This document shows positions 46,301 to 55,870 of a DNA stretch of 64,000 bases, piece after piece. The first letter of the stretch is position 1. Each line of letters begins with the position of its first letter. The DNA lies in the NCBI GenBank assembly GCA_965248305.1, contig OZ252099.1, positions 4,977,981 to 5,041,980 on the forward strand, given 5' to 3'. Source of the stretch: Bryobacterales bacterium. Its GTDB lineage: Bacteria; Acidobacteriota; Terriglobia; Bryobacterales; UBA6623. The position numbers and the translations under genes are program-made. The notes under the pieces are model-generated. The model was given only the letters and a program-made list of their open reading frames with translations. It made no database searches and was not told where the DNA came from.

Positions 46301-47203
46301 TCAATCGCCAGCGGTAGCCGCTTCAGACGGCTCGCTCTCGGGGTCTTGCAACCTGCCGGCCCACGCGATTGCGCCTTCCAGCACGGCCAAGTATTCCGGC
46401 TCCTCGTACGCTGACCCCTCGTGCCCTAGCGCGGACACAAAGGCACGTCCCTGCCCGACCTCGCGAGTCCAGATGACCGGGTGGTCGCCCATCGTGAGGT
46501 CCTTGTCAGTCCATAGGAACTTCATGCGCGTTTCGTATGTGGACTCATCGAGCGAAGCGAGCACCTCGACGCCGCTGTCATCCCGGACGCTGCGCTCCCA
46601 CGAGTACCACTCATCCACGCGGCGCCACTGCTCGGCCAAGTGGCTCATCGTCGGATGGTCTTGGCGCTCCACTCGGATCGTGGCCATCTGATGCTCGATC
46701 GGGTGGCCAATGAAGAGCGCACCGACGACGCTTCGGAGGTACCAGTCCCACGAGGCGTGTGAAGCGTCGAGGGCCGCATGAATTCCGACGAAACCGCCGC
46801 CGCCCTGCACCCAGTGCTGTACCGCCGTGCGCTGGCTCGAGGACAACGGGGCACCGCTGGCATTGTGCCAGACGAGCACTCGGACCTGCCCGAGAATCGG
46901 CGTGTCGAAGACCGCGCCATTCTCGGTGTGAAACATCGACCAGCCGCGGCGGGAAGCAATCTCACGCAGTGCGCCGATGCCCGCTTCGATCGCTCCATCG
47001 TGGCGGAAACCGTTGGTCTTCGAAAACACTAAGATGCCGGGATCGAACAGTTCGGGCACGGCTGGCGGGCTTGAGTCGTAACTGGTCGACGGTCGAAGGG
47101 CGCGATAGACGTTTCGCACCATCGGATGAAAGCTCGCCGCAATCCCCACGGCGACGAAACCAACAAGGCAATACGCGGCTAGGCGCTGTGGTCGGAGCTG
47201 CAT
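46301..47203 (-). CDS. ThuA-domain (trehalose-utilisation-like) protein
   Basis: ILVFSKTNGFRHD, GGGFVGIHAA, GDHPVIWTREVGQGRAFVSALGH. ATG at 47203 precedes a TM/signal segment. The longer track ORF, which runs to 47686, extends into the neighbouring IS. Confidence 0.75.
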   Translation of the reverse strand: MQLRPQRLAAYCLVGFVAVGIAASFHPMVRNVYRALRPSTSYDSSPPAVPELFDPGILVFSKTNGFRHDGAIEAGIGALREIASRRGWSMFHTENGAVFDTPILGQVRVLVWHNASGAPLSSSQRTAVQHWVQGGGGFVGIHAALDASHASWDWYLRSVVGALFIGHPIEHQMATIRVERQDHPTMSHLAEQWRRVDEWYSWERSVRDDSGVEVLASLDESTYETRMKFLWTDKDLTMGDHPVIWTREVGQGRAFVSALGHEGSAYEEPEYLAVLEGAIAWAGRLQDPESEPSEAATAGD

Positions 47204-47320
47204 CACACAGTTACGTCCAGCCCGCACCGCGGATCGCGAGCCGAGCAGAGGTCCATCGTGACTGAGCGCGAATGCTGGCGTCAAGGCGTGGAGCGCAGCG
47301 CGGGACCCCGCTGGCGTCTC

Positions 47321-49415
47321 CAGGGCTGATTCTTTATCGGGGGGTGTGACCATTCGCACAACAAGATCGGCGAGGGGCTGGCTATTTTGGCCGGATTCGT
47401 GTATGCATGGGGTATGCAGGAGCAGGAGACGCCCACAACGATTCCGGATCTGAAGCAAGTGGTGCTGCGGCTGGCGCAGCCGCACGAGCGGCCGCGCTGG
47501 GATGCGCTGATGGCCAAACGCCACGATTTGGGGTTCAAGCAGTTGGCCGGGCGCGGGCTGCGCTATGTGGCGGAATACGAGGGCGAGTGGCTGGCGCTGG
47601 TGGGCTGGCAGACGGGGGTCTTCCAGTGCCGCCCGCGCGCCCGCTGGCTGGGCTGGCACAAGGCGGTGCAGTTCCGGCGCTTGCATCTGATCGCCAATCA
47701 GACGAGGTTTTCAGTGCTGCCGGAGGGGGCGGGCGTGCAGCACTTGGCCTCGCGCGTGCTGGGGTTGAATCTGCGGCGGCTGAGCCGGGACTGGCAACAG
47801 CGCTGGGGGCCTCCCATTGAACTCGCCGAAACGTTTGTGGATCCGCAGCTGTACCGGGGCACGGTCGATGTGGCGGCGCACTGGATCCAGCTGGGCTTGC
47901 GCAAGGGGTCTGCGCGCTCGAACGGGCAGTCCACCGACAAGCACGGGCAGCGCAAGCAGATGCTGGTGGATCCGCTGCGGGCGCGGGCGCGGGCGCGGCT
48001 GGCGGATCCGCAGGAGCGGCCGGAATGGGCTTGCGGGGCGGTCGATGTGCGCTACCCGGCGGCGGAACTGCGCTCGCTGCGGGCGCAGTGGGAGGCGGTG
48101 GAGGACAGCCGGAGCGGCCACGGGAGACGGCATCGGTTGGCCGTGGTACTGGCGCTGCAGCTGCTGGCGAGGCCGGGCGGGTCGGCGGGCGGGCGGCAGA
48201 AGCGTATGCGAAGACATTGACAGCAGAGGAGTTAGGAGCCTTGGGCTGTCGCCGGGACGCGACCACGGGGGAGTCCGTGACACCCTCGGAGACGACCTTC
48301 CAGCGGGTCATGGAGCGGACCGCCCCGGGCTCGCTGGAACGGGCGCTCGAGCGTTGGACGCAACCGCGCGTGGCGGCGTCGGCGCGGGCGGGGGCTGGCA
48401 AGCGCATTCGCGGGGCCAACCGGCTGTCGGCGACGGGGCAGCACGGGGCGACGGTCACGCTGGTGGACCAGCGCACGGGCGTCCCGGTGGCGAGCCGCAG
48501 CTCCCGCGAGGAGGGCGGCGAGCAGGCGGCCTGGCGGGCCTTGTTGGAAGCGGTGGACCTGCGCGGACGGACGGTGACGCTGGACGCGGGGCACGCGGGG
48601 CGCGAGACCGAGCGGGCGATCGTGGAACCGCACGGCGGGCACATCATGGTGCGGATCAAAGGCAACTGCGAGCTGACGCACGCGACCCTGAGCGGGCTGA
48701 ATTGGGAGCTGGGCGCGGCGCGCAGCTGGGCGGAAGCTGGCTGGAAGCCCTCGCGCCAGAGCGACTTAGAGAAGCGCTCGAGCCAAGTCTTCACGCCCCA
48801 TCCGCAACTGCTGCCGTTCCCGCATGCGCAGCAGGCCTACCGCATCACGCACGAGCGCTGGGCGCGGCGCGGTGGCGCGGTCAAGCGCAGCTACAGCTAG
48901 GGCATCACTTCGCTGCCGCCGGCGGCTGCCTCGGCGCGCGAGTTACGGGTGCTGCAGCGCGGCCACTGGCGGGTGGAGAGCGCCAACCACTACCGCCGCG
49001 ACAAGGTCTTCGGGGAGGCTGCTAGCCGCGTGCGCACGGGCCCCGGTCCGGCCAACAACGCGGCGCTGAACAACCTGGCGCTGGCGTTGCTGCTGTCGCA
49101 GCCGCAGTTCGAGACGGTGCCGGAGGCGCAAATCTACTCCGCCGGCAACCGCGCCAAGGCGCTGCAACTGCGACTGAGCGAAACCTAGCAGGACTGGCAC
49201 CGCTGAGACATCGCATCCGGCCGACCGCGGCCGGGTGAGCGGCCGCTCTGTGCGCCCGGGGCCGATAGCGGGAGCCCCGCCCGGCGCTGCTCGGCCCATC
49301 GGGCATCCTTGGACACCAGGCCGGGGCTCGATTTTCCTTCTCAGACCGCCATGGCGCTCGTGTTCAGGCACCCAGAGAGCGACTACACCCCTCAACCCGA
49401 CAAAGAATCAGCGGT
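47321..49415 (+). mobile_element. Decayed ISAs1-like insertion sequence (2095 bp) with a 10-bp target duplication
   Basis: Inverted ends CAGGGCTGATTCTTTATCGGG (47321...) and the complement of CACCGCTGATTCTTTGTCGGG (...49415). Direct repeat CTGGCGTCTC at 47311-47320 and 49416-49425. Confidence 0.75.
47414..49188 (+). pseudogene. DUF4338-like + ISAs1-family transposase, inactivated (one frameshift and one in-frame TAG)
   Basis: Three collinear ORF pieces. Piece 47414..48220 has the DUF4338-like block RPRWDALM...RARWLGW...QTRFSV...HLASRVLG...AETFVDP. A frameshift occurs at about 48.18-48.20 kb in a G-rich run. Piece 48025..48900 ends at TAG 48898. Piece 48949..49188 is in the same frame and carries LQRGHWRVESANHYRRDKVFGE, the ISAs1 catalytic-Glu region. 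Confidence 0.75.
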
Positions 49416-49614
49416 GCTGGCGTCTCTTGGCACGCCCGGCCCCAACTCGGTATCCTATAGAAAGAGACGGGTACTCCCACGTTTGGAGTCCGGATCCGCG
49501 GTCCAAGATGAGGATGGGCGGCTGTTCTCTTTCCAATGCAGCGCGGCTAGAACATGACGCTGCCTCGGCTGAGAGAAGGCACTCCCCGAGGCTTGGGCCT
49601 TAGAGCAATTCGAC

Positions 49615-51081
49615 ATGGGTAAAGTCACCGGGTTCATGGAATTCGACCGTGAGGCGACGCCCTACCGCCAGGTCGACGAGCGCGTTCATGACTGGAAAGA
49701 GGTCATGGAGCAGATGGAGGAGCCGCAGCTAAAGGTCCAAGGCGCGCGCTGCATGGACTGCGGCATTCCGTTCTGCCACACCGGCTGCCCAATCAATAAC
49801 ATCATTCCCGACTGGAATGACCTCGTCTACCGTGGGCGGTGGAGCGAAGCGCTGCGCGTGCTGCACGCCACCAACAATTTCCCGGAGTTCACCGGCCGCA
49901 TTTGCCCGGCTCCGTGCGAAGCCGCCTGCGTGCTCGGCATCAATGACGACCCAGTCTCGATCAAATCCATCGAGAAGGCGATCGCAGACCGCGGCTGGCA
50001 GGAGGGCTGGATCAAGCCAGAGATCCCCACAAGCCGCACTGGCAAGAGCGTCGCTGTCGTCGGCTCGGGTCCCGCCGGACTCGCGGCAGCTCAGCAGCTC
50101 AACCGCGCAGGACACACCGTCACCGTCTACGAAAAAAACGAGGTTCCGGGCGGGCTGCTCGTACTCGGCATTCCCGATTTCAAGATGGAAAAGGAGCTCG
50201 TCGCCCGGCGGGTCGAACAGATGCAAGCCGAAGGCATCGAGTTTCGCTGCGGGGTGAATGTGGGGGTCAGCGTTGAAGGCCCCGAACTTCTGGCTGAGTA
50301 TGATGCGGTGCTGCTGTGCATTGGGTCAGAACACCCGCGGGACCTGCCGATCCCCGGGCGCGATCTGACCGGCGTTCACTTCGCCATGAACTTCCTGCCG
50401 CAGCAGAACCGGCGCGTGGCAGGGCGCGCGGTTGACCCGAGCTACAACCTCAGCGCGGCCGGCAAGAACGTAGTCATCATCGGTGGCGGCGACACGGGTG
50501 CCGACTGCCTCGGCACGTCAAGGCGGCAGGGCGCAATCAATATCCACCAATTCGAATTGCTGCCGAAGCCGCCCGGAAGCCGCGACGAGCCCGGCGCAAT
50601 GCCGTGGCCGAACTGGCCGTTCACCTTCAAGGTCGAGAGCTCCCACGCAGAAGGCGATGTGCGCGACTACGCGGTCAACACGAAGGAATTTATCAGCGAC
50701 GGCAACGGCAACGTCAAAGCGCTTCGCGGCGTTCGCCTGCGCTGGCAGGATCCAGACCCCATTACCGGCAAGCGGCCGTTCAAGTTCGAAGATGTCCCCG
50801 GATCCGAATTCGAGGTGCCGGCGGACCTCGTGCTGCTCGCAATGGGCTTCCTGCATCCCGTCCACGAAGGCGTCGTGGAGCAGCTAGGCGTCGAAACAGA
50901 CAATCGCGGCAACGTGCAAGCGGACTTTAATGCGTTCCGGACCACAGTCCCCAACGTATTCGTCGCCGGCGATGCCCGGCGCGGCCAGTCACTGGTCGTC
51001 TGGGCCATTGCCGAAGGACGCAAGGCTGCTCGTGCCGTCGATATCCACCTCACGGGCTCCAGCTCCCTGCCGGCGCACTAA
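49615..51081 (+). CDS. gltD: Glutamate synthase (NADPH) small subunit
   Basis: Fe-S Cys clusters ([14 protein letters not shown]; CPAPCEAAC), the dinucleotide fold [47 protein letters not shown]. No gltB in the window. Confidence 0.85.
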   Translation: MGKVTGFMEFDREATPYRQVDERVHDWKEVMEQMEEPQLKVQGARCMDCGIPFCHTGCPINNIIPDWNDLVYRGRWSEALRVLHATNNFPEFTGRICPAPCEAACVLGINDDPVSIKSIEKAIADRGWQEGWIKPEIPTSRTGKSVAVVGSGPAGLAAAQQLNRAGHTVTVYEKNEVPGGLLVLGIPDFKMEKELVARRVEQMQAEGIEFRCGVNVGVSVEGPELLAEYDAVLLCIGSEHPRDLPIPGRDLTGVHFAMNFLPQQNRRVAGRAVDPSYNLSAAGKNVVIIGGGDTGADCLGTSRRQGAINIHQFELLPKPPGSRDEPGAMPWPNWPFTFKVESSHAEGDVRDYAVNTKEFISDGNGNVKALRGVRLRWQDPDPITGKRPFKFEDVPGSEFEVPADLVLLAMGFLHPVHEGVVEQLGVETDNRGNVQADFNAFRTTVPNVFVAGDARRGQSLVVWAIAEGRKAARAVDIHLTGSSSLPAH

Positions 51082-51126
51082 GCTGCAGTCGCACCATCGA
51101 CCGCTTACCGGGCTCGAACGGCCTCG

Positions 51127-51531
51127 CTAGCTAGCCGCGTCCAGCGAGCCCAGCTTCTTGCGCAGGCGGGCGGCGAAACGCTCCACGTCCACCACGAAGC
51201 GGTCGTGAGTGCCCCGTCCCACCACTTCAACGCCGTCGGAAGCCTCGACGGCGAAGCTCGCGCGCCGTCCGTCAACAGCGACAAGCCGAGCCGAGTAGGT
51301 CACCGCCTGTCCCATCGGCGTTGCCCCCAGATGTTCGACGCTGACCTTCACTCCGACGCTGTCGTTGCCGTCATCAAGATGGGGCAGGATCGACTCACGG
51401 CAACAGATCTCCATCCAGTGGATCATGGACGGCGTGGACAGCGTGGGGCGCACGTCGAGCCCCAGAAAATTGATGCAATCATCCCGCCGCACGACCCGGA
51501 CCTGCTCGAGCGAGATGCCTGCTTCCAGCAT
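51127..51531 (-). CDS. Hotdog-fold thioesterase-family protein
   Basis: 134 aa. Pattern of the FlK/YbgC-like hotdog family: PSMIHWMEICCRE...GVKVSVEHLGATPMGQAVTYSARLVAVDGRRASFAVEA. Confidence 0.55.
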   Translation of the reverse strand: MLEAGISLEQVRVVRRDDCINFLGLDVRPTLSTPSMIHWMEICCRESILPHLDDGNDSVGVKVSVEHLGATPMGQAVTYSARLVAVDGRRASFAVEASDGVEVVGRGTHDRFVVDVERFAARLRKKLGSLDAAS

Positions 51532-51582
51532 TTAGCCAATCATACATCCAGTCCGTCGCGAACCCCTATAATGCGGAGTCGA

Positions 51583-52077
51583 ATGCCTAGAACCACTCGT
51601 CGCCAAGCCATCGTCTCCATTGCGGCGGGCCTGTCTGCTGGCTCGCTTCCCGGCCAACAAGCATACCGCCCGGTCACCTTTTCGCAGGATGAATTCGACC
51701 TGCTCGGAATCGTCGTCGATCTCATTCTTCCCGAGTCCGGCACGCCAGGAGCCCGGCAGGTAGGCGTCCACGCGATGCTTGACGAGGATCTGGCCAAGAA
51801 CTCCGATGGCCTGAGCACGCTGCGCGAGGGGCTTGCCGGACTGCGGGAAGCGGGCTTTCAAGACCTCACCCACGCCCAGCGCGTCAGCGTGCTGACCGCG
51901 TACAGCGATGCGGAAGGTCCGGAGAAGGAGTTCTTCGAAGCGATCAAGGGCCTGACGGTCGACGCCTACTACTCGACCGAGGTCGGACTGGTGCAGGAGT
52001 TGGGTTACCAAGGCAACACGTATCTGGAAGAGTTCCCAGGCTGCACCCACGACCACCAGCTCGAGGACACTGTCTGA
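51583..52077 (+). CDS. Gluconate 2-dehydrogenase subunit 3-family protein (Tat signal)
   Basis: [20 protein letters not shown] twin-Arg signal. A small subunit whose stop overlaps the start of the GMC oxidoreductase (ATGA at 52077). An alternative ATG is at 51571. Confidence 0.6.
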   Translation: MPRTTRRQAIVSIAAGLSAGSLPGQQAYRPVTFSQDEFDLLGIVVDLILPESGTPGARQVGVHAMLDEDLAKNSDGLSTLREGLAGLREAGFQDLTHAQRVSVLTAYSDAEGPEKEFFEAIKGLTVDAYYSTEVGLVQELGYQGNTYLEEFPGCTHDHQLEDTV

Positions 52078-53711
52078 TGGCGGAAAACGAGCACGACGTT
52101 GTCATCATCGGCAGCGGTGCCGCCGGAGGCATGGCGGCGTGGAACCTTACGCGGAAGGGCGTGAAGGTGCTGATGCTCGAGGCGGGGACGAAATTCGACC
52201 GCTCGAGCTTTTGGTCACATGTCAAGCCTTGGGAGGCCCGCGAACGCCGGCGTCGCGGGGAGCAAAGCCCCGGCTTCGAAACGCTGCCATTGCGCGAGAG
52301 CCCTTACGAAACACTGGCCGGCCAGCAGTTCCTGCTGCGGCGTGTGTGGGGCGTCGGAGGCAAGACCAACATCTGGGGACGGGTGTCCCTGCGCTACGGC
52401 GAGTTGAACTTCACCGAACCCGCGATCGACGGATGGGAGATTCCGTGGCCGGTTTCTTACAGCCAAATCGCGCCGTACTACGACAATGTCGAGAAATTGA
52501 TCGGTGTCTGCGGCGGCGATGACGACTCGAAATTTCTCCCGGGCTCCCAGCACCACCTGCCCGCGCCCAATGTCCGCTGCGGCGAGGTCATCCTGCGCAA
52601 GGGTGCCCAGATGGCCGGCTACACGGTTGTCAGCGGACGCCGCGCAGTCCTGACGCAGGAACACCATGGACGCGCCAAGTGCCATTTCTGCGGCGCTTGC
52701 GGGAGCGGATGCGACATCGGGGCGTTCTTCAACTCTCCCGACTACCTACTGGCAGACGCCTTCGCCACCGGCAATCTGCAGCTCCAAGAGAACGCAATTG
52801 TCTCGCACGTGCTGTGCGGCGATGACGGCACTGCGAGCGGCGTCCGCTACTTCGAGCGGCTGACGGGAGCGGAGCGGACTGTCCCGGCCAAGCGGGTCGT
52901 GGTGGCCGCCTCAGCAGTGGACTCCACAAGAATCCTGCTCAACTCCAAGTCTTCAACCTATCCGAACGGACTAGGCAACGGATCCGACGTGATCGGGCGC
53001 TACCTGTGCGAGCAATTCCGCTTCCATGTCTACGCGTTCGCACCCCAGTTGTACGGAAGGGCTGCGACCAACGACGACGGCATCTCCGGGGGACACATCT
53101 ACATTCCGCGGTTCGAGAGTCCCGAAGAGAAACGCGACTACATGCGCGGATTCGGTATCCAGTTGTGGGGCATCGGCTGCGGCGATAATGCGCAGTTCGC
53201 AAAGCGCATGCCGGGCTTCGGCCTGGATTTCAAGAACAATGTGCGCAAGAGCTATCCCGCACTCATCCAGATGCACCCGTACGGCGAGGTCCTGCCGTAC
53301 CGGCACAACCGCATCTCGGTCGAGGGGACGCCCCCTGATCGCTTCGGCGTGCCCAGCATCCGCATCGAGTACAAGCTGGGAGAGAACGAGCGCAAGATGG
53401 TGCCGCGGATGTATGACGTGGTCGAGGAGATCCTGCACAGCATGAAGGCAGAACCGCTGCCCTACAAACGGGGAGACCTAGACGAGCTCGGGGCCGCGAT
53501 TCACGAGCATGGCACTTGCCGGATGGGTGCGGATCCCAAACGTTCAGCGCTCAACGGCTTCATGCAGATGCACGAGGTGCCGAATGTGTTCGTGATGGAC
53601 GGAAGCGCGTTCCCGACTCCGACCGAGAAGAACCCCACGCTCAGCATCTTGGCTTTCGCCTGGCGAGCGTCGGACTACATGGCCGAGGAGATGCGCAGGG
53701 GGAGCATCTGA
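52077..53711 (+). CDS. GMC-family FAD-dependent oxidoreductase
   Basis: FAD fold [33 protein letters not shown]-terminal GMC motifs [21 protein letters not shown]. Confidence 0.85.
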   Translation: MAENEHDVVIIGSGAAGGMAAWNLTRKGVKVLMLEAGTKFDRSSFWSHVKPWEARERRRRGEQSPGFETLPLRESPYETLAGQQFLLRRVWGVGGKTNIWGRVSLRYGELNFTEPAIDGWEIPWPVSYSQIAPYYDNVEKLIGVCGGDDDSKFLPGSQHHLPAPNVRCGEVILRKGAQMAGYTVVSGRRAVLTQEHHGRAKCHFCGACGSGCDIGAFFNSPDYLLADAFATGNLQLQENAIVSHVLCGDDGTASGVRYFERLTGAERTVPAKRVVVAASAVDSTRILLNSKSSTYPNGLGNGSDVIGRYLCEQFRFHVYAFAPQLYGRAATNDDGISGGHIYIPRFESPEEKRDYMRGFGIQLWGIGCGDNAQFAKRMPGFGLDFKNNVRKSYPALIQMHPYGEVLPYRHNRISVEGTPPDRFGVPSIRIEYKLGENERKMVPRMYDVVEEILHSMKAEPLPYKRGDLDELGAAIHEHGTCRMGADPKRSALNGFMQMHEVPNVFVMDGSAFPTPTEKNPTLSILAFAWRASDYMAEEMRRGSI

Positions 53712-53848
53712 TTTCGGTGCCACGGCGGCTTTGACAGCCCGCCTTGGCGTCGACTCTGCGAGTCGTTCGAGTTGGCCGCGAAAGGTCCTGCTCATGGCCG
53801 CAGCGACCACTGCAGCGGTGAACGCGGCAGCCGCACGCCGCGCAGCCC

Positions 53849-54838
53849 CTACGGGTTCGCGGTCAGTTCCAGTTCGCGGTCGATGATCCGCTGGTAGGTG
53901 TCCAGCGGCCTCGCGCCGGTCATCAGAATGCCGTTGATCAGGATCGCCGGGGTGCCCTCGATCCCCAAGCCGCTAGCTTCGCGCGCCTCAGCGGTGACGG
54001 GACCCTCGTACTTGCCCGAATTCACACATTCCAAGAGGGGGTCGGCTTTCAACTTGAGCTCGGTCGCCACCTCCGTGTACATGGCATCGGTGAAGAGTTC
54101 TTGTTCGAACAGCTTGGCCCGGAACTCCCAGAACTTGCCCTGCTCTCCCGCACAACGGGCCGCTTGCGCGGCGCGTAGCGCCTCAGGGTGGATTTCCGTT
54201 AGGGGCAGGTCCTTGAATGCCCAGCGAACGCGATCTTCGTACTGTTCCCGAAGCTCCGTCAGGGTCGCCTGCACCGAGCGACAGAACGGACATTGGAAAT
54301 CGGAAAACTCCACGATCGTCACAGGAGCGTCCTGGGGGCCCCGCAGCCGGGCATCTTCCAGGTTTACCGGCAAACGAGGCGGGTCGAGGTGGATTTTTAC
54401 CTCGCTGTCGGCTCTTAGCGCCGCGATAAACTCCGCAAAATGCATACGGAATTTCTCCTGTTGCAGGATTCCGGCAATCTGGTCACGGACCTCCTTGAGG
54501 GGCTTTGCGATCTTGTCCTTCTGGGCGTTGTAAAAGTCGCTAATCTCCTTGTTTGTCGGCACGCCGACCTTCGGCGTGATCTCGACTTGGACAAGTTCTT
54601 CCACATCGACGCCACGCTTGTCCGCTTCACGATTTAGGAGCATGGTCGAGATGGTGCCACCCAGGGCTTTCGCTCGCAACTCGTACATCTGCTGATCCAG
54701 CTTCCGCTGCTCGCTGCTGATTGGAAGATCCGCTTCAAGGATCGCCTCGCCGTCGACCGTCGCCAAGGGCTCTTGCCCGAATAAGGGAACCGCAAACAGG
54801 ACGCAGAAAGGCCCGAACAGCCGAAATGCCTTGCTCAT
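53849..54838 (-). CDS. Exported DsbA-family thiol:disulfide oxidoreductase with a SurA-N-like chaperone domain
   Basis: Signal peptide MSKAFRLFGPFCVLFAVPLFG, and the thioredoxin active site in IVEFSDFQCPFCRS. Confidence 0.75.
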   Translation of the reverse strand: MSKAFRLFGPFCVLFAVPLFGQEPLATVDGEAILEADLPISSEQRKLDQQMYELRAKALGGTISTMLLNREADKRGVDVEELVQVEITPKVGVPTNKEISDFYNAQKDKIAKPLKEVRDQIAGILQQEKFRMHFAEFIAALRADSEVKIHLDPPRLPVNLEDARLRGPQDAPVTIVEFSDFQCPFCRSVQATLTELREQYEDRVRWAFKDLPLTEIHPEALRAAQAARCAGEQGKFWEFRAKLFEQELFTDAMYTEVATELKLKADPLLECVNSGKYEGPVTAEAREASGLGIEGTPAILINGILMTGARPLDTYQRIIDRELELTANP

Positions 54839-55020
54839 GTCTTCATTGTAGTATGGCCCCGGCACCCTGCGGCCAGCGATAATCCGCGAAATCGGAGGCT
54901 GTAGAGGCCCCCGGTTAGCTCTCGCATTGTGACGCAAGTGCGGATGGCCGGAAGGCGCCGAATGGGCGGGGCGGCCACGCAGAGCAGGTTGCGTGCATGC
55001 TCCCGAACGCGAATCCGGCT

Positions 55021-55738
55021 TCAGCTCGTGCTCACCTGCAATGCAGTGTAGGACCGTGCCGGAAGCTTGACGACCATCCTAGGCCCGACTGCCGGCGCGT
55101 CGAATTGCTGGCCTGCGATGTTGTGCGGGTTGTCGAAAGTGTTGGCCGCCTTGAGATCCGAACCGGTGAGCATCTCGGCTTGCAAGACCTTGGTGGGCGT
55201 TAGGTCTTCAAACCTGATCTCGACTTCGCGCTCATTCTCAAGATCCCGGTTCAGCAGCAAGAGGCTGCAATGGCCGGTCGTGGGATCGAGCGTGCCCGCG
55301 ACATCGAGATACGGCGCCTGCTCCAGACGCGGAGCAGGCCCGCTGACATAATCTGCGCTGTAGTTCCTCGTGATCGGGTATGTCTCTGACCGCACCAGCA
55401 AGTCGAGGACATCGCCCTTGGCGTACTTGATGCCCCACGCGTACGGGTAGTAGATCGTCTGGCGGAGCACGCCATTCTGGTTGGTGACCAGCGCGGCGAT
55501 GACATTGATGATCTGCGCAAGACAGCCGATCTTGACGCGCTCTGCCTGGCGCAGCAGCGTATTGACCATGCGAGGTTGTATTCCTCTTCTAGCATGCCGC
55601 CCACCAGCAGGGCGTCCTCGAGGTTGTATTCCTCTTCTAGCAGCGCAGGGGCGAACTTGCCGCGCCCGTTGGTGGAGTCTCCGCCGCGCGCCCGGTACCA
55701 CACATTCCACTCATCGAACGACAGCCAGAGCCGCTTGG
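55021..55738 (-). pseudogene. abfA: GH51 alpha-L-arabinofuranosidase, 3' part (split by an IS, with an internal frameshifting duplication)
   Basis: Begins at the IS junction with (K)RLWLSFDEWNVWY (nucleophile region), then APALLEEEYNLEDALLVGGM. A 26-nt insertion at about 55572-55597 shifts the frame. The rest (VNTLLRQAERVKIGCLAQIINVIA...VKLPARSYTALQV) continues in another frame to the stop at 55021. Confidence 0.8.
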
Positions 55739-55870
55739 CAGGGCTTTTCAATGTTTGCTAACAAGGGCTGGTTGACAAAGGAGGACGGAGGAGGACTGGA
55801 CAAACCGGTCTTGGGTGTGCGATAACTCGGAAAGTGAGACAGGACGCGCTTGCGCTGCGCGAGGTGCGGG

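Noticed and set aside
46301-47686. The 461-aa version of the ThuA ORF in the track, and similar N-terminal extensions of 2487..3935, 5409..6533, 6403..7143, 29500..30345, 30365..31402, 36773..38323 and 43698..44423.
   Set aside because: The extensions overlap upstream genes or run into the IS, and they lack homology. Internal starts give proper signal peptides, lipoboxes or operon-style junctions, so the shorter coordinates were used.
47535-48794. Very long ORFs in alternative frames or antisense to recognised genes. Examples: 47535..48794(-), 57972..59915(-), 35397..36407(-), 35612..36718(+), 25627..26724(+), 19006..20163(+), 428..967(-).
   Set aside because: Their translations are Arg/Ala/Gly/Pro-rich with no recognisable motifs, and they fully overlap ORFs with clear family signatures. 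Such shadow ORFs are expected in high-GC DNA, where stop codons are rare.
49428-49445. TGGCAC upstream of gltD, considered as the -24 element of a sigma54 promoter.
   Set aside because: The required -12 element (TTGC about 5 nt downstream) is absent; the sequence reads TGGCAC-GCCCG-GCCCC.
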